Origin: an uncultured Rhodospirillales bacterium
GTDB taxonomy: Bacteria > Pseudomonadota > Alphaproteobacteria > JAWKYA01
Direction of reading: 5' to 3'
Length of the DNA stretch: 64,000 bases
Assembly (NCBI GenBank): GCA_964397465.1
Contig: CAYNIC010000007.1
Location: 16,474 to 80,473 of the forward strand
The position numbers and the translations under genes were made by a program. Position 1 is the first letter of the stretch, and each line of letters starts with the position of its first letter. The notes beneath the pieces are model-generated. The model was given only the letters and a program-made list of their open reading frames with translations. It made no database searches and had not been told where the DNA came from. This document shows positions 51,205 through 62,680 of this stretch, one piece after another.

Positions 51205-52443
51205 ATGACCGTCAATCTAGCGGAAAACGCGTCAACGACACCTCCGTCGTTTTTTCAAAAAATAACGATTGCAACCGGCGTCGACTCACGGATGTTGTCC
51301 ATGGTGGTCGCATTGGCCCTCATCTGGGGATGTTTTGCGATCATTGAGCCGAATTTCATGACGGCTCGTAATTTTTGGAACCTTGCGGTGCAAAGCAGTG
51401 TCGTTGCCATTATGGCGACCGGCATGGTTTTGGTGATCGTCATCCGGCACATCGATCTATCGGTAGGCTCGATCCTGGGGCTTGTCAGCATGATGGCTGC
51501 GGTTTTGCAGGTGCAGGTGTTTACCGCCGGGGCGGGGTGGAGCACCCCTGCGGTGATTATCTGCTGCCTGTTGCTGGGAACGCTTGTTGGTGCTTGGCAA
51601 GGGGTATGGGTGGCGTATTTAGGTGTTCCCTCGTTTGTTGTGACGCTAGGCGGCCTTCTTGTTTTTCGTGGTCTGGCGTGGCAGGCAACCAAAGGTCAAA
51701 CCATTGCGCCGATGGAAGATAGTTTTCAGAAGTTTATCGGTGGCGGCATCGATGGCGGGATTGGCGCCGGACCAAGCTGGGTCATCGGCATTATCGCCAT
51801 GATCCTGGTTGTGATCTTTACGATCATCGCCCGCAAAAGACAGCATCGTTTTGGTTTTCCGATTAAGCCGCTGGCCGGGGAAATATTTATGCTGATCGTT
51901 CGGTTGGCGATCATTGCCGGCTTTGTGCACTTAATGAATTCATACCCACGTCCAGGCAGTGATGTCGGGCAAGGTATCCCCAAACCGGCGATTATCTTGA
52001 TCGCTGTCGTGATTATTATGGAATTCATCGCCCAAACGACCCGCTTTGGACGTTACGTCTTTGCCATCGGCGGCAATCCGGAAGCGGCGCGCCTGGCCGG
52101 TATCAACACGCGTAAGGTGACGGTTTATGTGTTTGCTCTCATGGGATTCCTTGCAGGATTAGCCGGCCTGATTACCACCGCACGTTTGAATGCGGGTGCT
52201 AACTCGGCGGGTGAATTAGCCGAGCTGAGCGTTATCGCCGCGGCGGTTATCGGCGGCACATCGCTTGCCGGAGGCGTCGGCACCATCACCGGTGCCATTA
52301 TCGGTGCTGTTTTGATGGAAAGTCTTCGCAACGGCATGGTGTTGATCGGCCTGCCAAGTCCGCTGCAAAACGTCATTATCGGCTTTGTCTTGATGATCGC
52401 CGTGTGGGCGGACGTTGTCTATCAACGCCGCCGCGCGGTTTAA
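51205..52443 (+). CDS. xylH: Sugar (xylose-type) ABC permease.
   Basis: About 412 aa CUT2-family permease with an XylH-like long N-terminus. ATG at 51205 has a GGGGGAAA SD; the ORF-track start at 51184 is a TTG. Confidence 0.8.
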   Translation: MTVNLAENASTTPPSFFQKITIATGVDSRMLSMVVALALIWGCFAIIEPNFMTARNFWNLAVQSSVVAIMATGMVLVIVIRHIDLSVGSILGLVSMMAAVLQVQVFTAGAGWSTPAVIICCLLLGTLVGAWQGVWVAYLGVPSFVVTLGGLLVFRGLAWQATKGQTIAPMEDSFQKFIGGGIDGGIGAGPSWVIGIIAMILVVIFTIIARKRQHRFGFPIKPLAGEIFMLIVRLAIIAGFVHLMNSYPRPGSDVGQGIPKPAIILIAVVIIMEFIAQTTRFGRYVFAIGGNPEAARLAGINTRKVTVYVFALMGFLAGLAGLITTARLNAGANSAGELAELSVIAAAVIGGTSLAGGVGTITGAIIGAVLMESLRNGMVLIGLPSPLQNVIIGFVLMIAVWADVVYQRRRAV

Positions 52444-52453
52444 GGAGAGTTAT

Positions 52454-53230
52454 ATGGCCCAGGTTCCTCTTGTTGAAATGCGCAGCATCACGAAGCGGTT
52501 TGGCGGTGTGCTGGCGGTTGATAATGTGAGTATTGACCTTCAGCCGGGAGAAGTGGTCGGTCTGCTTGGTCATAACGGTGCGGGCAAATCAACCCTAATC
52601 AAAATGCTGTCGGGAGCTTACCCGATTGATTCCGGAGAAATTCGCATCAACGGTCAGGTCGCGCGCATCGACTCACCCCGCGATAGTCGCAGTTTTGGCA
52701 TCGAAACCATTTATCAAAACTTGGCATTGGCCGACAATCTCGGCGCGCCGGAAAACCTTTTTCTCGGTCGCGAACTGATGACGAAATGGGGAACGGTGGA
52801 TGACGCCGCCATGGAACACGAAGCGCGCAAAGTTCTACATCGGTTAAATCCAAACTTTAAGAATATCAAAGACGCTGTGCGTACCATGTCGGGTGGCCAA
52901 CGCCAGTCGGTGGCGATCGCCCGGGCAATCCTATTTAATGCCAAGATTCTGATCATGGATGAACCAACCGCAGCCTTGGGTCCGCAAGAAACCGCCATGG
53001 TGGCGGCTCTCATTCGGCAGTTAAAGAAAGAAGGCATCGGGATATTTTTGATCAGCCATGACCTGCATGATGTCTTTGATCTGTCCGATCGGGTTGCCGT
53101 TATGAAGAACGGCAAAATGGTGGGTGTCCGGAAAACCGCAGAGGTTACCAAAGACCAAGTCTTGGGGATGATCATTTTGGGTAAGCTTCCCGGTCAGGAA
53201 ACGCCGGGAGATGTGGCGGCCTTACATTAA
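52454..53230 (+). CDS. Sugar ABC transporter ATP-binding protein with a single nucleotide-binding domain.
   Basis: 258 aa from MAQVPLVEM. Walker [22 protein letters not shown], Walker B ILIMDEP. Strong SD AAGGAGAG. Only one NBD, unlike the duplicated XylG/RbsA type. Confidence 0.8.
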   Translation: MAQVPLVEMRSITKRFGGVLAVDNVSIDLQPGEVVGLLGHNGAGKSTLIKMLSGAYPIDSGEIRINGQVARIDSPRDSRSFGIETIYQNLALADNLGAPENLFLGRELMTKWGTVDDAAMEHEARKVLHRLNPNFKNIKDAVRTMSGGQRQSVAIARAILFNAKILIMDEPTAALGPQETAMVAALIRQLKKEGIGIFLISHDLHDVFDLSDRVAVMKNGKMVGVRKTAEVTKDQVLGMIILGKLPGQETPGDVAALH

Positions 53231-53248
53231 TTAAGTGACGGAGATAAC

Positions 53249-54016
53249 ATGATGGCAACGGCAATCTACCCCAGTCTAAAGGGTCGGACGGTTTTTGTGA
53301 CGGGGGGCGGCAGCGGGATTGGCGCTTCGATCGTTGAGCATTTTGCGGCACAGGGCTGCAAGGTCGGCTTTGTCGATATCGCGGAAGCGCCGTCCAGGGC
53401 CTTGGTTAAATCGATTGCGGCGAAAGGCCATCCAGAGCCGTTGTTTATCTCTGCCGATATTACGGATATCTCCGCGCTTAAGAACGCTATTGCCAAGGTG
53501 CGAACGGTGTTAGGCCCCATCACCGTACTGGTAAACAACGCCGCAAATGATCAACGCCACAGCATCGATGATGTGACGCCCGAATATTGGGATGACCGGA
53601 TCGCGATCAACCTAAAGCATCAATTTTTCGCGGCGCAAGCGATCTATCCCGATATGGAAAAGTCAGGTGGCGGCTCGATCGTTAATCTTGGATCTGTTTC
53701 CTGGGTAATCGGGCAGGGCGGGATGCCATGCTACACCACGGCCAAGTCAGCCGTCCAAGGCTTAACCCGTGCGTTGGCGCGTGACTTGGGACCTAAGAAT
53801 ATTCGTGTGAATTCCATTCTTCCGGGATGGATCATGACCGAGCGGCAGATCGATCTATGGCTAACGCCGGAAGGTGAAGCCGAACTGATGCAACGGCAAT
53901 GCCTAAAGCGCAAGCTGGTGCCGGAAGATATTGCCCGTGTGGTGCTTTTCTTTGCCGCCGACGATAGCGGTGCCTGCACCAATCAAAATTATATCGCCGA
54001 CGGCGGTTGGGTTTAA
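53249..54016 (+). CDS. SDR-family dehydrogenase resembling Caulobacter-type D-xylose 1-dehydrogenase (XylB).
   Basis: AIYPSLKGRTVFVTGGGSGIG, VLVNNAAND, YWDDRI, GGGSIVN and TPEGEA match my recollection of the C. crescentus XylB sequence. Confidence 0.6.
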   Translation: MMATAIYPSLKGRTVFVTGGGSGIGASIVEHFAAQGCKVGFVDIAEAPSRALVKSIAAKGHPEPLFISADITDISALKNAIAKVRTVLGPITVLVNNAANDQRHSIDDVTPEYWDDRIAINLKHQFFAAQAIYPDMEKSGGGSIVNLGSVSWVIGQGGMPCYTTAKSAVQGLTRALARDLGPKNIRVNSILPGWIMTERQIDLWLTPEGEAELMQRQCLKRKLVPEDIARVVLFFAADDSGACTNQNYIADGGWV

Positions 54017-54020
54017 GCTT

Positions 54021-54060
54021 AAAAAAAGCCCCCGGATTAATCCGGGGGCTTTTTGCTTTT
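54021..54060. terminator. Bidirectional rho-independent terminator between the convergent SDR and dienelactone hydrolase genes.
   Basis: AAAAAAA-GCCCCCGGAT-TA-ATCCGGGGGC-TTTTTGCTTTT: a GC-rich 9-10 bp stem flanked by an A-run and a T-run. Confidence 0.85.
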
Positions 54061-54916
54061 ACGAGATGTTGAGTTTGAAAAACTCGATCGTTCGGCCCCA
54101 TGCTAAATCGGCAGCGGCTTTGTTATAACGCGCTGCGTTGGTGTCATTGTGGAAGGCGTGATCGACGCCGTCATACATATGAACGGTCGCTGTCTTGCCG
54201 GCTTTATCCAAAGCGGCTTTATAAGCGGGAACGCTTTCATTGATGCGCGTGTCAAGTCCGGCGTAGTTCAGCAGCATCGGCGCCTTGATATTGGCGGCTT
54301 GCTCTGCTGTGGGTGAGCGGCCATAGAAAACCACACCGGCACCCAAATTTGGTTCGGCAACGGCCAAATCGTTGACGGCACCGCCGCCCCAACAGAAACC
54401 AACGGCGCCAACTTTACCGTTGGAGTCCGGTCGTTTGGTTAGCCAAGCAACCGCCGCGCGTAAATTCTCCGTAACCTGCTTGCCGTCAAGTTTACCGATC
54501 ATCTCGCGCGCTTGATCTTCGTTCGTCGGCGTGCCGCCCAAGGGGGAAAGGAGATCCGGTGCAAAGGCATTGAAACCGGCCTTGGCGGCGCGGCGGGCGA
54601 CATCTTCAATATGTGCGTTAAGTCCGCGGTTCTCGTGGATAACGATGACGCTGCCACGTTTCCCGCTTGTTTTCGGATGGACAAGGTAGCCCTTTAACTC
54701 TCCCCCCGCGCCAGGGAAAGAAACCCGTTCGGACGTTAAGGATGGGTCATTTGCCGGGACCATCTCGGCATGGGCGTAGTTATTTTCAAGAAGAGGCAGA
54801 AGAGCAAAGGCCGCCGCCGTTCCTCCGGCCAATTTAGCCAGCCGTTCTAAGAAAATACGGCGATCGAGCGGGGCGTGGGTATATTCGTCATATAACGCGA
54901 TAATACGGCGATCCAT
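54059..54916 (-). CDS. Dienelactone hydrolase family protein with a Tat signal peptide.
   Basis: N-terminus DRRIFLERLAKLAGGTAAAFALL (twin-arginine motif), DLH alpha/beta-hydrolase fold, strong SD AGGAGGAGAGG. Confidence 0.7.
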   Translation of the reverse strand: MDRRIIALYDEYTHAPLDRRIFLERLAKLAGGTAAAFALLPLLENNYAHAEMVPANDPSLTSERVSFPGAGGELKGYLVHPKTSGKRGSVIVIHENRGLNAHIEDVARRAAKAGFNAFAPDLLSPLGGTPTNEDQAREMIGKLDGKQVTENLRAAVAWLTKRPDSNGKVGAVGFCWGGGAVNDLAVAEPNLGAGVVFYGRSPTAEQAANIKAPMLLNYAGLDTRINESVPAYKAALDKAGKTATVHMYDGVDHAFHNDTNAARYNKAAADLAWGRTIEFFKLNIS

Positions 54917-55129
54917 TAACCTCTCCTCCTATGTAAACATTGGGGAAGATCATAGATGTCTTGAATTTCATTAAGGAAGTCACGGCCGCGTGAGGTCAGT
55001 ACCTGGTAAGGATTTGTGCAGATTTTGCGCAGCGATCATGCAGTGAGGCGTCTCGACAGGGTTAAATAATTCGGTTATGCGGGACGCGGCGTCGGCATAA
55101 TGGCTTTGCGCCGCATAGTGGGGTTCTTA

Positions 55130-56398
55130 ATGACATCTGGTTCTTCTGATAGCGCAACGCCTGTTACGCTGGCCACCCTTGCGCCTTCACCTATCGCCTT
55201 TCACTACAAAAACTATGTTTTGCTTTGGTTGGGGCGGCTTTTTTCCAGTTTTGCGGTGCAAATCATCGTTGTTGCTGTGGGGTGGCATATTTACGATCTC
55301 ACCCGTGACCCTTTTAATTTGGGGCTGATCGGGCTTATTCAATTCTTGCCTTCGGCTGTTCTTGTGCTTGTGACGGGCGCCGTAGCTGACCGCATGGATC
55401 GCCGCAAAATTCTGGCGATTTGCTTGGCGGTCGAGGCGATTGGGGCGGCGATTCTCCTGATGCTGGTGTTGAAGGGCAGCACCGAGATCTGGCCTATTTA
55501 TGCCACCTTGCTGCTGTTTGGCATCGGTCGCGCGTTTTTTGCCCCGGCTGCGCCGGCGCTGGTGCCCAGCCTTGTGCCCCCACAAGCCTTGGCCAACGCG
55601 ATTACCTGGGCATCGTCGGCGTGGCAGCTTGCGACCATTGTCGGCCCTGTTGTTGGTGGTTTGCTTTACGGCGTATCGCCCGAAGTTGCCTATACGACCG
55701 CCTTTGTTCTGTTATTTCTGTCGACCGTATTGGTTTGGTTTATCCGCGTCGCCCATAAACCGCGACCATCGGAGAAGGCCGGATGGGCGACTGTCCTGGC
55801 CGGACTTCACTACATTCGCAAAGAACGGGTCATCTTAGGGGCCATATCCTTGGACCTTTTTGCCGTTATTTTGGGCGGGGCGACGGCGCTTCTGCCTGCA
55901 GTCGCGCGGGATATTTTGGATGTCGGTCCCTGGGGGTTGGGTTTATTGCGTGCGGGCCCGGGAATTGGGGCCATCGCTATGGCCGCCTTATTATCTTTGT
56001 TTCCCATTAAGGATCATGCCGGGCGGCTGATGTTTGCCTGCGTTGCCTTGTTCGGCATCGGCACGATTGCTTTCGGTATGTCTACGATCGTGTGGGTTTC
56101 CATCGTCGCGCTGATCATTATGGGTGCCGCCGACATGGTTAGCGTGGTGGTGCGGGAAACCTTACTGCAGCTTTGGACTCCGGATGCCATGCGAGGGCGA
56201 GTTTACGCCGTTAACATGGTGTTTGTCGGGGCATCGAATGAGCTGGGTGAATTTCGTGCCGGTATTTCGGCATCCCTCATCGGAGTCATGCCGGCGATCA
56301 TTTTTGGCGGGATTGGGACAGTTGTGGTTGCAGCCCTGTGGGCTTTCTGGTTCCCGGAATTGCGGGAAGCCAGAAAGCTTGATGCACCAAAGGTTTAA
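55130..56398 (+). CDS. MFS transporter.
   Basis: 12 TM with the MFS motif GAVADRMDRRKIL. The start is uncertain (55100 or 55130). Confidence 0.7.
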   Translation: MTSGSSDSATPVTLATLAPSPIAFHYKNYVLLWLGRLFSSFAVQIIVVAVGWHIYDLTRDPFNLGLIGLIQFLPSAVLVLVTGAVADRMDRRKILAICLAVEAIGAAILLMLVLKGSTEIWPIYATLLLFGIGRAFFAPAAPALVPSLVPPQALANAITWASSAWQLATIVGPVVGGLLYGVSPEVAYTTAFVLLFLSTVLVWFIRVAHKPRPSEKAGWATVLAGLHYIRKERVILGAISLDLFAVILGGATALLPAVARDILDVGPWGLGLLRAGPGIGAIAMAALLSLFPIKDHAGRLMFACVALFGIGTIAFGMSTIVWVSIVALIIMGAADMVSVVVRETLLQLWTPDAMRGRVYAVNMVFVGASNELGEFRAGISASLIGVMPAIIFGGIGTVVVAALWAFWFPELREARKLDAPKV

Positions 56399-56399
56399 G

Positions 56400-57965
56400 T
56401 TATTCCGCGGCCTGCTTGGATGCAGGTGGCGTGGGCCGCCACCGAAGGATCGGATTACGAGCAGCCGCGGTTTCGTCTAAACGACGACGCGGGGTCAGCC
56501 GTGGCGCTTCCTTAAAATGCTGAACATCACCGGATTTTGCTTTTTCCGCCAAGTGCCGCACCGTGGCAATGAAGTTATCCAAGGTGGTCTTGGATTCCGT
56601 CTCGGTTGGCTCCATCAGCAACGCCCCATGGACGACCAAGGGAAAGTACATGGTCATGGGGTGAAAACCCTCATCAATCAAGGCCTTGGCAAAGTCCAGG
56701 GTTGTGACGCCCGTGCCTTCCAGGAACCGATCGTCGAACAAGGCTTCATGCATGCAGGGGCCAGGGAAAGGTGCAGTTAGATTGGTTTTGAGGCTGGCGA
56801 GCAGATAATTAGCATTTAATACTGCATCTCCAGATACTTGGCGCAGGCCATCGCTGCCGTGGCTCATCATATAGGCGAGGGCGCGGACAAACATGCCCAT
56901 TTGCCCGTTAAAGCCCTTCAACCGGCCAAAGGCTTTGGCGGCATCACCTTGTTTTTGCTCAAGTAATTTAAATTCATCCTTGCCGTGGACGATCCAAGGC
57001 AGGGGCGCATAAGGGGCCAAGGCTTCGGATAAAACCACCGGACCTGCACCAGGGCCGCCACCGCCATGGGGGGTCGAGAAAGTCTTATGCAGGTTGATGT
57101 GCATACAGTCGATACCCAGGTCGCCTGGGCGGACCCGGCCAACAATCGCGTTGTAGTTGGCACCATCGCAGTAGAAATAACCGCCCACATCGTGCACGGC
57201 CTTGGCGATCTCGATAATGTCCCGTTCGAATAGACCGCAAGTATTTGGATTAGTTAGCATAATTCCTGCTATCGCGGGGCTGAGCTTGGCCTTCAAGGCC
57301 GCAAGATCAACCCGGCCGGTGGCATCGGCAGGAATCGACTCAACCTCAAATCCACAGGCGGCAGCTGTCGCAGGGTTCGTGCCATGGGCTGATTCAGGAA
57401 CCAGCATTTTGCTGCGTTTGTCGCCCTTGGCGTCCAGAGCCGCACGAATGGCCATCAAACCGCACAGTTCCCCGTGAGCACCCGCCCCAGGGGACAAGGC
57501 GACCGCCGGCATATTGGTGAGGGTTTTCAACCAATGGGCCAGGTGGGCGATCAGCTCCAGCGCCCCTTGGACGGTGGATACCGGCTGCAAGGGGTGAATA
57601 TCGGCAAACCCCGGCAAACGGGCCAGTTTTTCGTTAATCCGCGGGTTATGCTTCATGGTGCATGAGCCCAAAGGATAAAAACCGGAATCAATGCCGTAGT
57701 TTTTCTGGCTAATCCGAGTGTAGTGGCGCACGACCTCAGGCTCAGCCAGACCGGGCAGGCCGATTTTGCGGGTGCGACGGAGATTACCAAGGCGGGGGGT
57801 GTGCTTTGGCGCTTGGGGCAAATCAACGCCGCATCGGCCTGGGGAATCCCGCTCGAAAATCAGCGGTTCTTCGAGTATCAGGCCTCGATGGCCGGAATAG
57901 GTTTCAACCGTCGTCGAGGGGCTGGTTCCGGCCTGTTTCTTGGCTAAATCGCTGGAATGGCTCAT
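56400..57965 (-). CDS. gcvPB: Glycine dehydrogenase (decarboxylating) subunit 2.
   Basis: 521 aa PLP-dependent C-terminal half of the P-protein. Confidence 0.9.
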   Translation of the reverse strand: MSHSSDLAKKQAGTSPSTTVETYSGHRGLILEEPLIFERDSPGRCGVDLPQAPKHTPRLGNLRRTRKIGLPGLAEPEVVRHYTRISQKNYGIDSGFYPLGSCTMKHNPRINEKLARLPGFADIHPLQPVSTVQGALELIAHLAHWLKTLTNMPAVALSPGAGAHGELCGLMAIRAALDAKGDKRSKMLVPESAHGTNPATAAACGFEVESIPADATGRVDLAALKAKLSPAIAGIMLTNPNTCGLFERDIIEIAKAVHDVGGYFYCDGANYNAIVGRVRPGDLGIDCMHINLHKTFSTPHGGGGPGAGPVVLSEALAPYAPLPWIVHGKDEFKLLEQKQGDAAKAFGRLKGFNGQMGMFVRALAYMMSHGSDGLRQVSGDAVLNANYLLASLKTNLTAPFPGPCMHEALFDDRFLEGTGVTTLDFAKALIDEGFHPMTMYFPLVVHGALLMEPTETESKTTLDNFIATVRHLAEKAKSGDVQHFKEAPRLTPRRRLDETAAARNPILRWRPTPPASKQAAE

Positions 57966-59308
57966 CGAACTGCCTCCTCAAGACCCTGGCCCAGAGCTTC
58001 AATGTCCTGATCCGTGGTGGTTTCCGTCGCGGCAACCAGTAACACATTGTTTAAACTCGAGTTTTCTGGATAAAGCCGCGAAGCCGGCACCCCGGCCAAA
58101 ATGCGCTTTTGCGCTAAGGCTTCAACGACTTCGGCGGCAGGTTTTGGCAGGCTAACCGCAAATTCATTAAAGAAAGTGTCGGTCAAAACTTTAACGCCAG
58201 GTACCTTGGCTAAGCGCTCGGCAGTGCGGACCGCGGTTGCGTGGTTAAGCTCGGCCAGACGCTGAAAGCCAACTTCACCAAGCAAGCTCATGTGAATTGA
58301 GAAGGCAAGGGCACAAAGTCCTGAATTTGTACAGATATTGCTTGTTGCCTTCTCGCGGCGAATATGCTGCTCGCGGGTCGACAGAGTCAGCACCCAACCG
58401 CGGCGGCCATCGACGTCAACCGTCTCTCCTGCAAGCCGGCCAGGCATTTGTCGGACAAACTTATTGTTTGTTGCGAACAAACCAACATAAGGTCCTCCAA
58501 AGTTTAAAGAATTACCGATCGACTGGCCTTCTGCTGCAACAATGTCTGCCCCCATTTCGCCTGGGGATTTAACCAACCCTAGGGAGACGATTTCAGTAAC
58601 AACCACAATCAGCAAGGCCCCCTTGGCATGGCAGGCCTCAGCCAGAGCGGTATGGTCAGCCAGATTGCCAAAAACATCAGGATTTTGAACAACGACGCAG
58701 GCCGTTTCGTCATCGATCTGTTTCGCCAAATCTTCGGGTTTGGCCGGGGTGGGGTCTACGGAAGCAACAGTGAACCCATGGAAATAGGCGTGAGTGTCGG
58801 CAATCTCGCGGTAATGGGGATGTAATCGTCCGGATAATAAAGCTTTTTTTCTTTTCGTGACGCGCTGGGCCATCATTATGGCCTCAACACAGGAGGTTGC
58901 ACCGTCATACATAGAGGCGTTGGCAACTTCCATCCCCGTCACCAAGGCCACCTGGGTCTGAAACTCATAGATCATTTGCAAGGTGCCTTGAGCCACTTCG
59001 GGCTGATAAGGCGTATAGGCGGTCAGAAACTCACCCCGTAGTAACAACTGATCGACACTGGCCGGGACATGATGGCGGTAAGAGCCGGCACCGCAAAAGA
59101 ACGGTACGCTGCCTGCCGCAATATTGCGGGCCGCCATGGCGCTGAGCTCGCGCTCAACTTCCAGCTCACCCTTGAAGGATGGTAGATCAACGGGCCGATC
59201 AAGATAGACAGACTCGGGCACATCCTTGAACAAGGCGTCCACATTAGGGGCACCCACCGTCTTCAGCATGGCTTCCCGTTCAGGCGGGGTCAGGGGCAAA
59301 TAACGCAT
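57962..59308 (-). CDS. gcvPA: Glycine dehydrogenase (decarboxylating) subunit 1.
   Basis: 448 aa N-terminal half of the P-protein. Confidence 0.9.
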   Translation of the reverse strand: MRYLPLTPPEREAMLKTVGAPNVDALFKDVPESVYLDRPVDLPSFKGELEVERELSAMAARNIAAGSVPFFCGAGSYRHHVPASVDQLLLRGEFLTAYTPYQPEVAQGTLQMIYEFQTQVALVTGMEVANASMYDGATSCVEAIMMAQRVTKRKKALLSGRLHPHYREIADTHAYFHGFTVASVDPTPAKPEDLAKQIDDETACVVVQNPDVFGNLADHTALAEACHAKGALLIVVVTEIVSLGLVKSPGEMGADIVAAEGQSIGNSLNFGGPYVGLFATNNKFVRQMPGRLAGETVDVDGRRGWVLTLSTREQHIRREKATSNICTNSGLCALAFSIHMSLLGEVGFQRLAELNHATAVRTAERLAKVPGVKVLTDTFFNEFAVSLPKPAAEVVEALAQKRILAGVPASRLYPENSSLNNVLLVAATETTTDQDIEALGQGLEEAVR

Positions 59309-59688
59309 TAATGAGCTCCGCCAGCCGTATAGCTGTCATAGGATTTTTTATCCATGAGTTCAGATACTTCTGAGGTATTGCTAACCTCAATTTTGAAGAA
59401 CCAGGAAGCACCCTCGGGATCTTGGTTAACCTTGGCCGGATCATCAATAATCGCTTGGTTAATGGCGGTGACCTTGCCCGAGATCGGAGCATAGACCTCA
59501 CTGGCTGCCTTTACGGATTCAACAACCGCGGCTTGATCACCTTTGGTCAAAACTTTACCCACGGCTGGTAATTCGACAAAAACGACATCGCCGAGCTGTT
59601 CTTGGGCATAAATCGAGATGCCGACTGTGCCGGTCTTACCGTCAACGGCAACCCATTCGTGGTCTTTTGTGAACTTCTTATCGCTCAT
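59308..59688 (-). CDS. gcvH: Glycine cleavage system H protein.
   Basis: 126 aa with the lipoyl-lysine motif ESVKAAS. Confidence 0.9.
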   Translation of the reverse strand: MSDKKFTKDHEWVAVDGKTGTVGISIYAQEQLGDVVFVELPAVGKVLTKGDQAAVVESVKAASEVYAPISGKVTAINQAIIDDPAKVNQDPEGASWFFKIEVSNTSEVSELMDKKSYDSYTAGGAH

Positions 59689-59691
59689 GGC

Positions 59692-60810
59692 TTAGGCTTT
59701 CTTATAGCGGGTGGGGACAAAAGGAAGAGGAGCAACCCGGGCCGGGAGAGGTTTATCCCGGACCATAAGGTTAAGGGCGGTGTTAGGTTTTGCCATATTT
59801 GCCGCCACATAGCCCATGGCTATGGGCCGGTCGAGTGAGGGCGAAAAGCCGCCACTGGTAATTTCACCAATTTTCTTTCCGTCTGCCGTTGTCACGGCTG
59901 TATGGCCACGGGCAGGCGCCCGGCCTTCAGGCGCAATCCCGACACGCAGGCGCTTGGGGCCTTCCCTCAGTTGCTGCAGAATAACATCCGCGCCAGGGAA
60001 TCCGCCTTGTTCGCGGCGCCGTTTGCCGATCGACCAGGTTAGGGCCGCTTCCACCGGTGTCGTTGTCGTATCGATGTCGCTGCCATAGAGACAAAGCCCC
60101 GCTTCGAGCCGTAGAGAGTCCCGTGCGCCGAGGCCTATCGGCCGCACTTCCGGATTGTCCAGAAGGCGCCGGGCCAGTTTTTCGGCCGACGCAGCAGGGA
60201 CCGAGATTTCATAGCCATCTTCGCCGGTATAACCCGACCGGGTTACGAAACAGGTGATGCCATCAAGGCGCAACGGCCGGCCTTCCATAAAAACCATACG
60301 CGAGGCTTGGCTGTCCAAGGCGGAGAGAACCGCCTCTGCCGCCGGACCTTGAAGCGCCAGCAAGGCGAGATCGTCGTTACGCTGGAATTTCACACGGTTA
60401 CCAATGTGTTTTTCCAGATGGGCAAAATCGGCATCTTTACAGGCGGCGTTAACCACCAGCTTGAGATGATCGCCGGCATTGCAAACCATAAGATCATCCA
60501 GGATTCCGCCGGTGTCATTCGTGAAAAGGGCATAACGCTGGCGATTGGCGCCAAGGCCTATGATGTCAGCCGGAACAAGGGTTTCAATGGCTTGGGCCGC
60601 GTCCTTTCCATCCAGACGAGCCTGGCCCATATGCGAGACGTCAAACAGTCCTGCGGCGGTCCTGGTCTGACGATGCTCGGTCAAAATACCGGTTGGATAT
60701 TGAACGGGCATGAGATAACCGGCAAAAGGCACCATCTTGGCGCCCAAAGACATATGCAGATCGTAAAGAGGTGTCCGCTTTAAATCAGTAGCAAGGGCCG
60801 CATCGGTCAT
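59692..60810 (-). CDS. gcvT: Glycine cleavage system T protein (aminomethyltransferase).
   Basis: 372 aa GcvT fold. Confidence 0.9.
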   Translation of the reverse strand: MTDAALATDLKRTPLYDLHMSLGAKMVPFAGYLMPVQYPTGILTEHRQTRTAAGLFDVSHMGQARLDGKDAAQAIETLVPADIIGLGANRQRYALFTNDTGGILDDLMVCNAGDHLKLVVNAACKDADFAHLEKHIGNRVKFQRNDDLALLALQGPAAEAVLSALDSQASRMVFMEGRPLRLDGITCFVTRSGYTGEDGYEISVPAASAEKLARRLLDNPEVRPIGLGARDSLRLEAGLCLYGSDIDTTTTPVEAALTWSIGKRRREQGGFPGADVILQQLREGPKRLRVGIAPEGRAPARGHTAVTTADGKKIGEITSGGFSPSLDRPIAMGYVAANMAKPNTALNLMVRDKPLPARVAPLPFVPTRYKKA

Positions 60811-60854
60811 AAGGTTCCGGTCCTGACAGTTGTCGGGTTTGAGATCCGCTGATT

Positions 60855-61060
60855 AGCGGTCCTGCACCCCCCTCTGTCCTGGACCTGAAAGATTCGCCGA
60901 CAACCCGGCTTACTTCTTCGGTGAGCTGATTTAGTCAAGCTATCAGCCACTCTCCAGAGATCCCGACCCCGAACGGTCCTTTTGCCTGAGAGTTTTTAGG
61001 GGCGGTTGCTCCTTCGGCGCCGGCACTGAAGCCGGTCTCTCCTGCCCGGGTCTTGGGATG
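60855..61060 (-). promoter_or_regulatory. Tandem glycine riboswitch (two aptamers) in the gcvT leader.
   Basis: On the minus strand: aptamer 1 is GGAGAGACCGG...CACCGAAGGAGCAACCGCC...CTCTCAGGCAAAAGGAC and aptamer 2 is CTCTGGAGAGTGGC...CACCGAAGAAGTAAGCC...CAGGTCCAGGACAGAG. Both carry the conserved GGAGAG / ACCGAAG / CTCTCAGG elements. Confidence 0.85.
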
Positions 61061-61107
61061 ACCGGACTTTGGGTGAGGCGGCAGCCGGAGTCAACACATA
61101 CTCGAGG

Positions 61108-62583
61108 CTAAGACCGAACCCGCTCGACAGCCGTGCGCCAACCGCTAAGAAGATCCTGGCGTTCTGTTGGGTTAAGGCTGGGGGTAAAACTACGATCGCA
61201 CTGCCACCGGTTTTCCAATTCGGACAGGGATGGCACAAGACCAATGGATAAGGCGGCGAGACTCGCAGCGCCGATGGCCGTGGTCTCTGTCACCATCGGC
61301 CGGTCGACGGGTACACCGAGAATATCAGCCAACATCTGAGCCACGAAATCATTTCGAACCATGCCCCCATCAACCCTCAACCGCGCGGGATCAATCCCGT
61401 CATCATGCATAGCCTGCAGAAGATCTTGGGTTTGATAGGCGACGGACTCCAAAGCGGCGCGAACAAGTTCAGCAATTCCCGTATCACGTGTTAGGCCAAA
61501 CACGGCGCCACGGGCATCGGGTTCCCAGTAGGGTGCGCCAAGGCCTGTAAAAGCCGGAACCAAATAAACCCCTTTGTTATGTGGAAGGCTTCGCGCCAAA
61601 GCTTCGGTTTCTGCGGCGGTACGGATAATCTTGATGCCGTCACGCAACCACTGGATCGCCGCGCCAGCCACAAAAATTGATCCCTCAAGCGCGTAGGTCG
61701 TCTTGCCGCCAAGGCGGTAACAAATCGTCGTTAACAGGCGGTTTTTGGAAGCAAGCGCTTTATCGCCTGTATTCATGACCAAGAATGCCCCGGTCCCATA
61801 AGTGCTTTTGCAGGCGCCGGGTGCAAAACAACACTGCCCGATGGTGGCGGCCTGCTGATCGCCGGCGATGCCGGCAATGGGAACTGCTTTGCCAAGAATG
61901 GCGGGGTCGCTGGTTCCGAAATCGGCAGCGCAGTCTTTTACTTTAGGAAGTACCGAGGCTGGAATTCGAAACAGCTTTAACAGCGCCTCGTCCCACTCAT
62001 TGGTATGGATATTGTACAGCAGGGTTCGCGATGCGTTGGTTGCATCGGTGGCATGAACCTTACCGCCGGTAAGCCGCCATAGAACAAAGCTATCGACAGT
62101 GCCGAAGGCTAAATCACCGTTCTCAGCCTTGGATCGGGCTCCGGGTATATTATCAAGCAGCCACCCCAGCTTTGTTGCTGAAAAGTAGGGATCTAAGAGA
62201 AGGCCGGTCTTCGCCGTTACGGTGGCCTCGTGACCTTCGGCCTTGAGTTTGGCGCAGAGAGCGGCTGTACGGCGATCTTGCCAAACGATGGCCCGCCCAA
62301 GAACTTCATTGGTTTTCCGGTTCCAAAGGAGGGTGGTTTCTCGCTGGTTCGTAATGCCGATGGCGGCACAACGAGCGCTGTCCGGGTGACTAAGGACCTC
62401 TTTGCAGGTGGCCAGAACCGTGAACCAAATTTCTTCTGGGTCGTGTTCGACCCACCCATCTGCAGGATAATATTGCTTGAACTCGCGCTGTGCCGTTACA
62501 ACAGGTGTGCCCTTGGCATTAAAAAGGATCGCGCGGCTGGACGTGGTTCCCTGGTCAATGGCAAGTATATGATCAGCGGCCAT
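61108..62583 (-). CDS. glpK: Glycerol kinase.
   Basis: 491 aa; N-terminus [16 protein letters not shown] and an FGGY kinase fold. Confidence 0.9.
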   Translation of the reverse strand: MAADHILAIDQGTTSSRAILFNAKGTPVVTAQREFKQYYPADGWVEHDPEEIWFTVLATCKEVLSHPDSARCAAIGITNQRETTLLWNRKTNEVLGRAIVWQDRRTAALCAKLKAEGHEATVTAKTGLLLDPYFSATKLGWLLDNIPGARSKAENGDLAFGTVDSFVLWRLTGGKVHATDATNASRTLLYNIHTNEWDEALLKLFRIPASVLPKVKDCAADFGTSDPAILGKAVPIAGIAGDQQAATIGQCCFAPGACKSTYGTGAFLVMNTGDKALASKNRLLTTICYRLGGKTTYALEGSIFVAGAAIQWLRDGIKIIRTAAETEALARSLPHNKGVYLVPAFTGLGAPYWEPDARGAVFGLTRDTGIAELVRAALESVAYQTQDLLQAMHDDGIDPARLRVDGGMVRNDFVAQMLADILGVPVDRPMVTETTAIGAASLAALSIGLVPSLSELENRWQCDRSFTPSLNPTERQDLLSGWRTAVERVRS

Positions 62584-62680
62584 GCGAATTTCCCCTTTTG
62601 CTTCCGCTTTTTTATAGGCAGTTTAGCTACCAAGCCTTGCTGCTGTCATGCAGAAGATTATACGTGGAGAACGACAATCA

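Noticed and set aside
51255-52425. Several 70-145 aa ORFs in both orientations within xylH.
   Set aside because: They are nested in a clear ABC permease gene and have arginine/proline-rich compositions typical of out-of-frame GC-rich sequence.
52454-53230. Single-NBD sugar ABC ATPase as a truncated xylG pseudogene.
   Set aside because: The ORF has a strong SD, complete Walker A, signature and Walker B motifs and a clean stop followed by the next gene's RBS. Single-domain CUT2 ATPases (FrcA-like) are known, so an intact gene is more likely than a truncation.
55187-56010. Several 65-130 aa ORFs overlapping the MFS transporter gene.
   Set aside because: They lie within a 12-TM MFS CDS on alternative frames or strands and have no RBS or conservation rationale.
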